Assembly: GCF_000025505.1 (NCBI RefSeq)
Contig: NC_013849.1
Span: 1,440,001-1,472,000, forward strand
DNA: 32,000 nt
Source: Ferroglobus placidus DSM 10642
GTDB lineage: Archaea; Halobacteriota; Archaeoglobi; Archaeoglobales; Archaeoglobaceae
Direction: 5' to 3'
In this document: positions 1-9,016 of the stretch, piece by piece
Layout: the number at the start of each line of letters is the position of its first letter
Numbering within the stretch: the first letter of the stretch is position 1
The notes under the pieces: model-generated
Seen by the model: the letters and a program-made list of their open reading frames with translations, nothing else
Told to the model about the DNA's origin: nothing
Database searches by the model: none
Made by a program: the position numbers and the translations under genes

Positions 1-66
1 TTTGGCAAATTAGCTCTCAAAATCACCAATTGGTTGAAAACAGGTAGGATTTACTCGAAATTTTGA

Positions 67-139
67 TGGGTCCGCCCGGATTCGAACCGGGGACCTCCTG
101 CGTGTGAGGCAGGCGTCATAACCACTAGACCACGGACCC
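67..139 (-). tRNA. tRNA-Val(CAC)
   Basis: Reverse complement GGGTCCGTGGTCTAGTGGTTATGACGCCTGCCTCACACGCAGGAGGTCCCCGGTTCGAATCCGGGCGGACCCA folds as a full cloverleaf. Anticodon stem CCTGC/GCAGG, loop CTCACAC with anticodon CAC, GGTTCGAATCC T-arm, no encoded CCA. Confidence 0.96.
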
Positions 140-188
140 AGCAGTACTGTGTTTTACTCTTAGCTATATTTTTTTTATGGTTTGCTTT

Positions 189-1223
189 TTAGCTATATTC
201 GTTGAAGAGCTTGATGAATCTCTCCGCTATTTTCCTCGAATCGTTTTCCTCGACGTATTTCTTAGCATTCTCGACAACGCTTTTTCTGTATTTCTCATCT
301 TCTATTAACCTTCTAATTTTTTCGGAGAGATCTTTTGCGTCGTTGAACTTTACAACCTCCTTCTCATGCATCTCAAAGTGCCTCGTGTTTGGGACGACTG
401 TAGGGATTAAAGCGCCCATGCACTGGTAAAGTGTTGAGGAAACGACAACTCCATTCGTTTGACCTTTCGGAATCATGAAAATATCCGCTTTATGGAGCTC
501 CTCGTAAACTTCTCTGTTGTCCCTTAACCTTTTCCTCTCCTGAATTAGCCATTTTCTTTCGTAGGGTAGCTCTCCGTTCGATCTAATCACTCTGTATGTA
601 AATTCGTAATCTTTTTCGAGTGTTTCTAAAGCCTTAAAGAATGGATCGTACTCGTTAATTGGCTGCCTTCCGAAGCTGAAGAACTTTAATCCGTCTTCTG
701 CGAACTTCCTCTTCGTCGGATTTAGCGGGTGGCACGGATAGGGAATCACGGTCGTTTTATCTCTGACGCTGTTTAACAACTCGTTAACGTATCTCTCATC
801 GAATACCGCAAGCTTTTCGAAGTTGGAGAAATCGCTGTACCTCAAGTCTTTTTTATAACCTTCGTGGATAACGACGAACGTCTTTATGCCTTTCTTTTTC
901 AACTCTCCAGCCAGTTTTTGAACTTCCAAATGAGGAACGCTGCCGTAGGATTCGACGAGAAGCACGTCGAAACTTCTTTTCAAAATTTCGTCGAAGTTTA
1001 TCTTTCCTCCTTCTCCCTCCGGCGAAACCTCTTCGTAACATCTGACGACGAAGTCTTCGTCCTTTCTCACGACTTTGTGGTGCCACCATCTACTTGCGGA
1101 TTCAACGTAGGGAGCAAAAACTGTGACATCGTGACCCATTTTCAGAAATTCGGGGACGATAAGCTCAGCATGCATCGCAACGCCGCAGGTAGCGTTCCAG
1201 CGTGAGAGAACTGCGATATGCAT
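189..1223 (-). CDS. Glycosyltransferase, GT-B/GT4-like
   Basis: 344 aa ORF. N-term MHIAVLSRWNATCGVAMHAELIVPEFLKMGHDVTVFAP and C-terminal SSTLYQCMGALIPTVVPNTRHFE region typical of GT-B enzymes. Confidence 0.75.
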   Translation of the reverse strand: MHIAVLSRWNATCGVAMHAELIVPEFLKMGHDVTVFAPYVESASRWWHHKVVRKDEDFVVRCYEEVSPEGEGGKINFDEILKRSFDVLLVESYGSVPHLEVQKLAGELKKKGIKTFVVIHEGYKKDLRYSDFSNFEKLAVFDERYVNELLNSVRDKTTVIPYPCHPLNPTKRKFAEDGLKFFSFGRQPINEYDPFFKALETLEKDYEFTYRVIRSNGELPYERKWLIQERKRLRDNREVYEELHKADIFMIPKGQTNGVVVSSTLYQCMGALIPTVVPNTRHFEMHEKEVVKFNDAKDLSEKIRRLIEDEKYRKSVVENAKKYVEENDSRKIAERFIKLFNEYS

Positions 1224-1254
1224 AAAAAAAGTTTTGCAAAAAAGAATATAACGC

Positions 1255-2190
1255 TTACCCTTTCATCTTGATTATCTCCACTAAGTTCCAGCAGAGTAAA
1301 AGCTTCGCCACTTCTATCGAATTCACGTATTCTCGAGCTTCCCATCTCACCTTGTATCCCGTTTCGTCCCTCAAAGCGTCGAGCAGAGATTCGAAAATTT
1401 CCACGTTGAGAAAACCGTCTATGTCGATGAAGCTTGCTCTTTTTCCGTAGTAATAATCGGAGAAAAAGGAGATGGCAAAATCCCTTTCACTCGCTTTTAT
1501 AAGCCGGGATAAATCTACGTTGAGGGTGACGTGATCGAGCTCGAAGGAGAGGTTCGTGAAAATAAGTCTAACCCGGTACATCTCTTCCATTCCGAGGAGT
1601 GTGGAAATTCTTTCCGTACTCTCCAACGAGCTCGGGTAAATTTTTATTACGACGTCAGCGTATATTTTTTGAAAGTCCACGTACCTCTTGTAATCGCTTT
1701 CCCTCTGAATTATCTCCTCTATTACCTCTTCTTTCCTGTACCCCCTTTTCTCCATGTCTCTTTTAATCTTCCACTTCCTCTTGATGATTCTTGCTGGATC
1801 GACGAAGATTTTGTAATCGAGTATCTCTCTGATTCCGTCGTAAAGAACGTGTAATCCTTCAGCGATAACTATCTTTTCCGGCTTAAAGATCTCGCAACAC
1901 TTCACTTCTCCTTTCTCGTGATCGTAAACAGGCTTCTCGAACTCTTTCCACTCCTTTATCAACTTTAAGTGTTCTCTAAACAGATCCAAATTTGTCATTT
2001 CGGGATTCAGCGGCGTTATTCCAAGCTTTTTCCTTTCCTTCCTTCCGTATTTGTGATAATCGTCGAGAGTGATCGTTGCGACGTTTCCAGCAAAAATCTT
2101 CCTCACGCTCTCGGCAAAGGTGGTTTTCCCCGAGCCACTGTCTCCGGCAACTCCGATCAAGAAAGGCTCTTTTAGCTTTTCGAGAATCAT
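1255..2190 (-). CDS. Phosphoribulokinase/uridine kinase family protein (archaeal-type PRK candidate)
   Basis: Walker A GVAGDSGSGKTTF, ITLDDYHKYGRKERKKLGITPLNPEMTNLDLF and KPVYDHEKG motifs of the PRK/uridine kinase family. Confidence 0.85.
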   Translation of the reverse strand: MILEKLKEPFLIGVAGDSGSGKTTFAESVRKIFAGNVATITLDDYHKYGRKERKKLGITPLNPEMTNLDLFREHLKLIKEWKEFEKPVYDHEKGEVKCCEIFKPEKIVIAEGLHVLYDGIREILDYKIFVDPARIIKRKWKIKRDMEKRGYRKEEVIEEIIQRESDYKRYVDFQKIYADVVIKIYPSSLESTERISTLLGMEEMYRVRLIFTNLSFELDHVTLNVDLSRLIKASERDFAISFFSDYYYGKRASFIDIDGFLNVEIFESLLDALRDETGYKVRWEAREYVNSIEVAKLLLCWNLVEIIKMKG

Positions 2191-2237
2191 TTAACAATAG
2201 AGAAAGGGTTATAGTAGAAAACGTTTTTCGTGGGAAT

Positions 2238-3065
2238 ATGGAAGTGGTTGTGAAAAACGTCCCCCTCCTTAAGAAAAAAGATTGGGCTGGGGACAGACTT
2301 AGCAAGTATAAGGGAGGAGAAAAAATCGGAGAGTCTTGGGAAGTTTCGACACATTTTTCCGGAATTAGCGAGGTTATTTACAACGGAAAGGTTATTCCTC
2401 TAACCGAATTCGTTAAGAAGTTCGAAGACGTTCTAAGCTTCAGTGAATTCCCGATAATGGTAAAGCTTCTCGACGTAGGAAAGCTTCTGAGCGTCCAAGT
2501 TCATCCGAGCGATGAAATGGCTAAGAAGCTCGGAGAGAAGGATAGAGGGAAAAGCGAGGGATGGATAGCTCTCAGCGAGGGAAAGGTTTACTTGGGAATG
2601 AAGGACTACTCAAAAGAAGCGACGATAGAAAATCTCGTTGCTTTCGAGGCTGAAGTTTTCGACACCTTCCCGATTTATCCCGGAACGGTTCATACGGCTG
2701 AGAACATTTTCCTCCTTGAAGTTTCGACGCCTTCAGATCTAACTTACAGAATTTACGACCCCTACGGAAGAGAAACCCACTTGGGGAAGGCGAAATACTG
2801 CGTTAGAGAAGTGAAAATCAGTAAAGGAAGAATGAAACTGGAGATGGAAGAATTTTGTGCGGAGGTTGTTGAAGTAAATGGAGAAAAAAGTTTTCAGGAT
2901 GACAAAGTAAACGTTATCGTGGCTTTAAACGAAGTTTTCATCAAGAGTAAAAATTCTCTCAAGTTAAACGATTACGAGAGCTGTATCGTGCTTCCGGACA
3001 ATGAGTATGCTGTTGAGGGGAAAGGATTTGTTGTCAGAATTTATCCACTGAAAAGTAACGATTAA
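2238..3065 (+). CDS. Class I mannose-6-phosphate isomerase-like (cupin) protein
   Basis: Start placed at ATG 2238, not at the track's 2076. GESWEVSTH, LLSVQVHPSDE, PGTVHTAE and YDPYGR motifs. Confidence 0.8.
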   Translation: MEVVVKNVPLLKKKDWAGDRLSKYKGGEKIGESWEVSTHFSGISEVIYNGKVIPLTEFVKKFEDVLSFSEFPIMVKLLDVGKLLSVQVHPSDEMAKKLGEKDRGKSEGWIALSEGKVYLGMKDYSKEATIENLVAFEAEVFDTFPIYPGTVHTAENIFLLEVSTPSDLTYRIYDPYGRETHLGKAKYCVREVKISKGRMKLEMEEFCAEVVEVNGEKSFQDDKVNVIVALNEVFIKSKNSLKLNDYESCIVLPDNEYAVEGKGFVVRIYPLKSND

Positions 3066-3097
3066 CTTTTTATACTTTCGAAAAGTCTTAGGGTGCA

Positions 3098-4138
3098 ATG
3101 TTTAGAAAAATCTGCGAAATTACAGCTTTCAAAAGAGAAAATAAAACCGTTGATATAGTTAAAAGGATCGGAGCTATAACAGCTGATAGAATTCATCTCA
3201 AAAGGTATCCTAAGGACAACCCGGTCACAGCATTTAATCCCGGTTTAATACTCGTTGACGGGGAGCTGAAGCTTTACGTGAGGATAGTTCTCGGATACTT
3301 CACCTACGCAAGTGCCGTAGCTGAGATAACGATTCCGCTGGAAGAGGTTGAAGCTAACGCTTTTCCGGGGCATTACTCTGGAGATATAGTGGTGTTCCCG
3401 GATAACAGATACGACATCTGGGGTGTCGAAGATCCGAGGGTTTACAGAATAGGCGACGAAATAATGATGACGTACTGCGGGAGAACCGTAAGCTACTTCG
3501 ACCCGAGCATTAGGGTTGAAAGAACTCTGCCAGTTTGCGCTAAAAAAGTTGATAAGAAGTGGAAGAAAACATGCGTCTTCAGATTTCCGAGGGACATGAG
3601 GAGTTTCGTCGTTAGCGACAAGGACGCTTTTCTCGTTAAAACTAAGGACGGAATTAAGCTTTTCCACCGCCCTCACATGAGAGACGAAAACTTCTACCTC
3701 TCCGTAAGCGACGTAGACGGAGAGGGAGAACTCGGAGATGGTGGTTTGAAGGAAATTCCTTTAAAAAACACTGCAATAGCCTACGAAGCTGCTGAATTCG
3801 AGGAAAAGATTGGCTGGGGAACGCCGCCGGTAAAAGTGGATAACGAGTACCTGTTTTTCGTCCACGCCGTAGCAAGGGAATTGAAGTTCTATAGAGTATT
3901 TGCCCTTTTGATGGACGAAGATCTGAATGTCGTTTCCGTCACGCCTCACTACATAATGGAGCCGAGGGAAATCTACGAAGTTTACGGAGATCGTCCTTAC
4001 ACAATATTCCCCTGCGGAGCTGAGATAGTCGACGACAAAATAATAATCTCCTACGGAGCCGCCGATTCGGCTGTCGGGCTTGGAGAGATTAAAATCGACG
4101 AAATAATGAGCGAACTTGATAAGAACAGGTGCGATTAA
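3098..4138 (+). CDS. GH130-like glycoside phosphorylase/glycosidase-related protein
   Basis: 346 aa ORF with NPVTAFNPGLILVDGELKLYVRI, VEDPRVYRIGDEIMMTYCG and IISYGAADSAVGLGEI, resembling GH130 five-bladed propeller enzymes. Confidence 0.7.
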   Translation: MFRKICEITAFKRENKTVDIVKRIGAITADRIHLKRYPKDNPVTAFNPGLILVDGELKLYVRIVLGYFTYASAVAEITIPLEEVEANAFPGHYSGDIVVFPDNRYDIWGVEDPRVYRIGDEIMMTYCGRTVSYFDPSIRVERTLPVCAKKVDKKWKKTCVFRFPRDMRSFVVSDKDAFLVKTKDGIKLFHRPHMRDENFYLSVSDVDGEGELGDGGLKEIPLKNTAIAYEAAEFEEKIGWGTPPVKVDNEYLFFVHAVARELKFYRVFALLMDEDLNVVSVTPHYIMEPREIYEVYGDRPYTIFPCGAEIVDDKIIISYGAADSAVGLGEIKIDEIMSELDKNRCD

Positions 4139-4923
4139 ATCCTCAAAGCCCCCATTAGTCTGCCGAGAAAGGAGATTCTGTACTCTCTCCTCAAATCCTC
4201 GTACTTTTCGAGATCTACTTTCTTACCCTTCGCCGCAATTCTGACGTAATCTATCTCCTCCGGATCGAAGCCCATGAGGTAGGCTGCTAAATAATCGACT
4301 AAAGCAACGTCTTCGCTCGCGATCATTACTCCATGATTTACTGGCTTGGTGTTAAGCTCGCTTCCCTCCCCGCCGATGACACCATCCACTATAACGAAGT
4401 CCGGCTTGAAAAAGCTCAGCAAATCCAGAAGCTTTTGATGAATGTTGAAGTGCATGTAGATGGCTGGCTTCTTGAGGAATCCCATGTTGTTCTTTATCCC
4501 TACGGTAATCTTAGCCAGCGAATGAACCTTCATTTTAGGAAGGGAAATGTAGGGGAGTTCTTTTGTTAGCAAAGCGGATTTCCCGACTTCCACTTCTTTT
4601 AAAGCTTTTCCTCCTATGCGAATTTTCACCTTGCTTTCTCTATTTACGTTCACGCACTTCCACTCTCTCAAGCCGAACTCGTCGTAGCATTTGTCAGCGG
4701 CATCATTCGTTACGCCTCCCTCAACAATAATTGGTTCGTCAAAAAAGCTTGCAGCAGCTTTAACAACTTCCGGGTGAGTTATGCTTCCCTTGCTCGGATC
4801 GTCGAACTTGACGAAGTTGGGCTTTATAACTGCTTTTTCATTCTTAATTCCGGACTTCTTCAAAGCTCTCTCGACGAAGTCCCAAGCGTCATCGTAGCTT
4901 TCAACCCTCTCAACTATGAGCAT
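4135..4923 (-). CDS. DUF362-like protein
   Basis: 262 aa. VIKPNFV, ITHPEVVKAA, LPKMKVHSLAKITVGIKNNMGF and VDGVIGGEGSE typical of DUF362. Confidence 0.75.
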   Translation of the reverse strand: MLIVERVESYDDAWDFVERALKKSGIKNEKAVIKPNFVKFDDPSKGSITHPEVVKAAASFFDEPIIVEGGVTNDAADKCYDEFGLREWKCVNVNRESKVKIRIGGKALKEVEVGKSALLTKELPYISLPKMKVHSLAKITVGIKNNMGFLKKPAIYMHFNIHQKLLDLLSFFKPDFVIVDGVIGGEGSELNTKPVNHGVMIASEDVALVDYLAAYLMGFDPEEIDYVRIAAKGKKVDLEKYEDLRREYRISFLGRLMGALRI

Positions 4924-4961
4924 GAAAAATATTTTAAAAAAGATCTGTTAAAGTTTTTCCG

Positions 4962-5276
4962 TTAACCTTCTATCTTTTTTCTAAGCTCTTCGATCCACTT
5001 CTCCAGATCTTCGAGCTCCACGAACTTGAATTCCTTCTCCTTCACTCCAGCTAACGCCCAGAAAAGTCTCGCTACCACTGCCATTAATTTTCCAGCATAG
5101 CCGGGGCTGTGAGGCAGTAAAGCTGCGGCTAAATCGCCAATCTCTTCGAGCAGCTTTTTGTCGAGCTCGCTCGCTTTTTCGCTTGCCACTCCAAGTAGCG
5201 ATATCCCGTTACCCAACACTCTTTCACGGGCTGCGTAATACTTCGCAGCCTCGCTCGTTATTCTGTGAACACCCAA
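4962..5276 (-). CDS. Hypothetical protein (104 aa)
   Basis: Intact ORF between the DUF362 gene and glnA, codirectional. No family recognised. Confidence 0.6.
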   Translation of the reverse strand: MGVHRITSEAAKYYAARERVLGNGISLLGVASEKASELDKKLLEEIGDLAAALLPHSPGYAGKLMAVVARLFWALAGVKEKEFKFVELEDLEKWIEELRKKIEG

Positions 5277-5301
5277 CTTTCACACCTCCGCTAAAAATTT
5301 T

Positions 5302-6744
5302 TCAGATGTCGAGGTATTTCATAATTTCCCAAGGAGTTATGTAGAGGCAGTACTGGTTCCATTCGTCGATTTTAATGCTCATGAACGCATCGAATATATG
5401 GGAGCCGAGGACTTTCTGAATAACTTCGTCCGTCGCCAAGTGGTCCAAAGCATCTCTCAACGTCGTCGGTAGCTCTCCTATACCAAGCTCTCTCTTCTGA
5501 CTTTCGCTCAACTCGTAAACGTCTTCCATTATCGGATCGCCGGGATCGATTTTCTTCTTTATTCCGTCCAAACCCGCTGCGACCATTGCAGCTAAAGACA
5601 AGTAGGGATTTGTGCTCGGATCGGCTCCTCTGTACTCGACTCTTATGGCTGATGGCTTTCTGTGATACATGGGAACTCTCACGAGAGCGCTTCTGTTCCT
5701 CGGACTCCAGCAAATGTAAATCGGCGCTTCAAATCCCGGGACGAGCCTTTTGTAGCTGTTTATAGTTGGGGCGCATAGAGCTGTTAATGCTTTAGCATGC
5801 TCAAGCAATCCGCCTATGTAGTATCTCGCTTTCTGGCTCAGCATGAACTCATCATCCGGATCAGCGAAGATGTTCTTACCTTTGAACGGCTCTCCTTCCC
5901 AGAGACTCTGGTGAACGTGCATCCCGCTTGCGTTGTCCAAGTAAAGCGGCTTTGGCATGAAAACAGCCATCATGCCGTGGAGGGCAGCTACGTTTTTAGC
6001 GGCGAACTTGTAGAGGTAGAAGGCGTCGCTTACGTCAACAAGCTGCATCGGCTTGAAATCCAATTCGACCTGTCCGGCTGTAGCTACCTCGTGGTGGTGG
6101 TATTCTACAATTATACCAAGCTTTTCTAAATAGTGAACGAGCTCGTTTCTGTATGCAACGGTTGTATCTTCTGGAGGAGGTCTGAAGTATCCTTCCTTCG
6201 GTCTTATCACGTACCAGCCAGCTTCAAGTTCTCTGCTTTCTGGCATTACCCTCGGCGGACCCCAGCTGTCTCCGGCTCCTCCGTTTGGAGAAACCCAGAG
6301 GTCCCAGTAAAGTCTCGTCGGATCTATCTTTTCAAAGAGGAAGAACTCGATCTCCGGACCGAAAATTACGGACAAACCTTTATCTTTTAATTGCTTTTCC
6401 ATTCTTTTAGCAACGTATCCTCTCGGATCGCAATCAGCTTGCTCTGCAGCCCAAGCCTCGTAAACGTCTCCGAACATTATGGCGGATTTTTGCAGAGGGT
6501 CGTTTTCCCACGGTATTACTCTCAAAGTCTTCGGATCCGGCATCCACACCATGTCGCTCTGCTCTATCGTTTTGAAACCTCTGATCGATGATCCGTCAAA
6601 GCCAATTCCGTCGAAAGTGTTTCCTTCTATGAATTCTCTCGCTGGAATACTGAAAGTCATGAGATAACCTCTCACATCTGTAAAAGCGCAGAGCACTTGC
6701 TTTACGCCGTTCTCTTCTAAAATCTTTCTCACTTCCTCTTCCAT
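5302..6744 (-). CDS. glnA: Type I glutamine synthetase
   Basis: 480 aa. GFDGSSIRGF, FGPEIEFFLF, HHHEVATAGQVE, GMHVHQSLW, NSYKRLVPGFEAP, RVEYRGADPSTNPY. Confidence 0.97.
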   Translation of the reverse strand: MEEEVRKILEENGVKQVLCAFTDVRGYLMTFSIPAREFIEGNTFDGIGFDGSSIRGFKTIEQSDMVWMPDPKTLRVIPWENDPLQKSAIMFGDVYEAWAAEQADCDPRGYVAKRMEKQLKDKGLSVIFGPEIEFFLFEKIDPTRLYWDLWVSPNGGAGDSWGPPRVMPESRELEAGWYVIRPKEGYFRPPPEDTTVAYRNELVHYLEKLGIIVEYHHHEVATAGQVELDFKPMQLVDVSDAFYLYKFAAKNVAALHGMMAVFMPKPLYLDNASGMHVHQSLWEGEPFKGKNIFADPDDEFMLSQKARYYIGGLLEHAKALTALCAPTINSYKRLVPGFEAPIYICWSPRNRSALVRVPMYHRKPSAIRVEYRGADPSTNPYLSLAAMVAAGLDGIKKKIDPGDPIMEDVYELSESQKRELGIGELPTTLRDALDHLATDEVIQKVLGSHIFDAFMSIKIDEWNQYCLYITPWEIMKYLDI

Positions 6745-6785
6745 GCGCTGACCTCCAAATTTTTTAAGGGTTAGAGGTAGAATGC

Positions 6786-6793
6786 TATATAAA
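6786..6793 (-). promoter_or_regulatory. Probable TATA box for glnA
   Basis: TTTATATA on the minus strand about 45 nt upstream of the glnA start, in an AT-rich intergenic region. GGAGG lies just upstream of the ATG. Confidence 0.5.
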
Positions 6794-6871
6794 TTTTTTT
6801 CGATTCCAGAATTTTTTAAAGATTTTTTAAAATTATTAAAATTAATTATTCTTAAATTGAAAAAATAAAAA

Positions 6872-8311
6872 TTACGGAAACCTGAAAGGCTTGTCCCATC
6901 CTACGAGCTTCACTCCGGTTATAGCAGAAGCGTTTATCGTTAAAGCTCTTAAATCCTCCATCTCGAGGTTTCTCACGTCAGTTTTTCCAGCTTGTTGAGT
7001 TAAAATTTTCAGCTCTTCTGTCATAGCTTTTATGTAGTTGTAAACTCTTATACCTCCTTTTTGCGGATCAAGCCTTCTTCTGAGCTTTGGATCTTGCGTT
7101 GCTATTCCCTTCGGACACTTCCCTATGTGGCACTGTCTGCAGACCGTGCAGCCCAAAGCTATTAAAGCTCCGGTGCCTATCTGCACAGCATCAGCACCGA
7201 GAGCTAAAGCTTTAGCAACGTCAGCTCCGGTTCTGATTCCTCCGGCAGCGACGAGGCTTACCTTGTCCCTGAGCCCTATTTCCCTCAACGCCTGATCAGC
7301 CTGAACTATCGCAGCTATCGTCGGAATTCCGGCGTGGTTCGCTACGACGTCCGGAGTAGCTCCAGTTCCTCCTTGCATTCCGTCAACGACGATTATATCA
7401 GCCCCAGCCTTTGCCGCTATCTTAACGTCATCCGCAACTCTGCCAGCCGAGTACTTGACGGCTATCGGAATTCTCCAGTCTGTAATTTCCCTAAGCTGCT
7501 CTATCTTCATAGCGAGGTCTTCCGGACCTATTATGTCCATGTGTCTCGCTGGGGAGAGGGCATCTGTTCCGGGAGGGATTCCTCTGATCATCGCTATTTC
7601 CTCCGTAACCTTTTCTCCGAGTAAGTGTCCTCCCATTCCAGCTTTCGCCCCCTGACCTATCTTTATTTCAATTCCGTCTGCATCGTTGAGGTATTTGGCT
7701 GAAACTCCAAACCTTCCGCTTGCGTACTGGGCTATTAGAAGCTTCGCATGTTTCCTTTCCTCCGGATGCATTCCTCCTTCGCCGGTGTTTGTTGCCGTTC
7801 CAGCCATAGCCGTTCCTATTGCTATCGCAACCTTCGCCTCCAAGCTTATAGCTCCGAAACTCATTGCCGCTACCATTATCGGAGTTTCAAGAACGAGAGG
7901 CTCTTCAGCATATCTGTCTCCCAAAACGACCCTGGTATTGCAGGGTTCTCTATACTTGTCTATGGGCGGACGGGAAGTTTGAGCCGGCAGAATTACTAAA
8001 TCGTCGAAGTGGGGGACGGGACGAGTTGCTCCAGTTCCTCTAACAAGATACGTTCCAGTCTCAGCTTTTAGCCAGATGTCGTGAACAATACTTCTGCTCC
8101 AAATGCCTCTATCTTCGAGGTCGGAAGTTCCGGAAACCTGAATGGCATATGCTGGACACACGTCAACGCAATTTCCGCAGCCAACGCAAGCAGTCTGCTT
8201 CTTCACCACCGGCATTTTATCTTCTTCGCCTAAAGCTTCTGTTGGACAGTATCTAACGCACCTTAGGCACTTTATACATCTGTCCCTATCGATACTAATC
8301 TCGAATACCAT
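6872..8311 (-). CDS. Archaeal-type glutamate synthase FMN-binding subunit with N-terminal 4Fe-4S ferredoxin domain (GltB2-like)
   Basis: CIKCLRCVRYCP and CVGCGNCVDVCP clusters, then the FMN/synthase domain (PIMVAAMSFGAISLEAK, GEGGMHPEERK, VDGMQGGTGATPDV, CTVCRQCHIGKCPKGIATQDP). Confidence 0.93.
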   Translation of the reverse strand: MVFEISIDRDRCIKCLRCVRYCPTEALGEEDKMPVVKKQTACVGCGNCVDVCPAYAIQVSGTSDLEDRGIWSRSIVHDIWLKAETGTYLVRGTGATRPVPHFDDLVILPAQTSRPPIDKYREPCNTRVVLGDRYAEEPLVLETPIMVAAMSFGAISLEAKVAIAIGTAMAGTATNTGEGGMHPEERKHAKLLIAQYASGRFGVSAKYLNDADGIEIKIGQGAKAGMGGHLLGEKVTEEIAMIRGIPPGTDALSPARHMDIIGPEDLAMKIEQLREITDWRIPIAVKYSAGRVADDVKIAAKAGADIIVVDGMQGGTGATPDVVANHAGIPTIAAIVQADQALREIGLRDKVSLVAAGGIRTGADVAKALALGADAVQIGTGALIALGCTVCRQCHIGKCPKGIATQDPKLRRRLDPQKGGIRVYNYIKAMTEELKILTQQAGKTDVRNLEMEDLRALTINASAITGVKLVGWDKPFRFP

Positions 8312-9016
8312 TTAACCCTCCTCCGAAGGAGCCGTTCCGTAAACGAACCTCTTCTTTTCTGGAACTATCTTCCTGAATTTATTTGTGAATGCCGGGAAAT
8401 CGTACTTTTTGAGAATCTCCTTCAAGAACTCCTCGTCCTTCTCATTTATCTCAACAAGCTTAGCATTCTTTCCGAGACTTTCCACTTCCCCTTTAACGTA
8501 TATAACTCCTCTCACCATCGACTCGCCAGCCATGCTCTTTAGATCTCCGAGAACTATGATCTTTCCACCCATCATGAATAATCCGGTCATGAAATCGCTC
8601 TTTCCACCGATTATTATCGTTCCGTTCTTCATTATTTCTCCGGTTCTCGCTCCCGCATCCCCTCTGACGACTATCACACCTCCGTATATTCCTTGCCCAA
8701 CCCCATCTCCGGCGTTTCCTTTTATCTCGATGTATCCTTCGGTCATGTTGTCTCCGGCGAACCATCCCGCGTTTCTTTCGACAATCATCTTTGGACCGTG
8801 GAACATAGTTCCTGCAAAGAAGCCGACGCTCCCTTTAACTATTATCTCAACGTCTCCGATCAATCCTGCTCCTATGTAGTGTTTTGCTCCCGGATTTTTC
8901 AGAATGATCTTTTTTTCTCCGTTTTTTACGGCTTCTTTCAACATCCTGTTTATCTCTCTTACGCTCAGCTCCTTGCAATCGATTTCCATCGACATCATCT
9001 CCTGAAAACTCTCCAT
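8312..9016 (-). CDS. GXGXG domain protein, glutamate synthase alpha C-terminal-like (GltB3-like)
   Basis: Repeated G-x-G beta-helix motifs: GAGLIGDVEIIVKGSVG, GDGVGQGIYGGVIVVRGDAG, GGKSDFMTGLFMMGG. Confidence 0.88.
   Translation of the reverse strand: MESFQEMMSMEIDCKELSVREINRMLKEAVKNGEKKIILKNPGAKHYIGAGLIGDVEIIVKGSVGFFAGTMFHGPKMIVERNAGWFAGDNMTEGYIEIKGNAGDGVGQGIYGGVIVVRGDAGARTGEIMKNGTIIIGGKSDFMTGLFMMGGKIIVLGDLKSMAGESMVRGVIYVKGEVESLGKNAKLVEINEKDEEFLKEILKKYDFPAFTNKFRKIVPEKKRFVYGTAPSEEG

Noticed and set aside
2076-2237. N-terminal extension of the PMI-like ORF (MRRFQQKSSSRSRQRW...)
   Set aside because: Antisense to the 5' end of the PRK gene with low-complexity Ser/Arg composition. The family-like protein begins at ATG 2238.
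8385-8879. 164-aa plus-strand ORF opposite the GXGXG gene
   Set aside because: Low-complexity Ser/Pro-rich shadow of a Gly-rich repetitive coding sequence. The minus-strand frame has clear family motifs.
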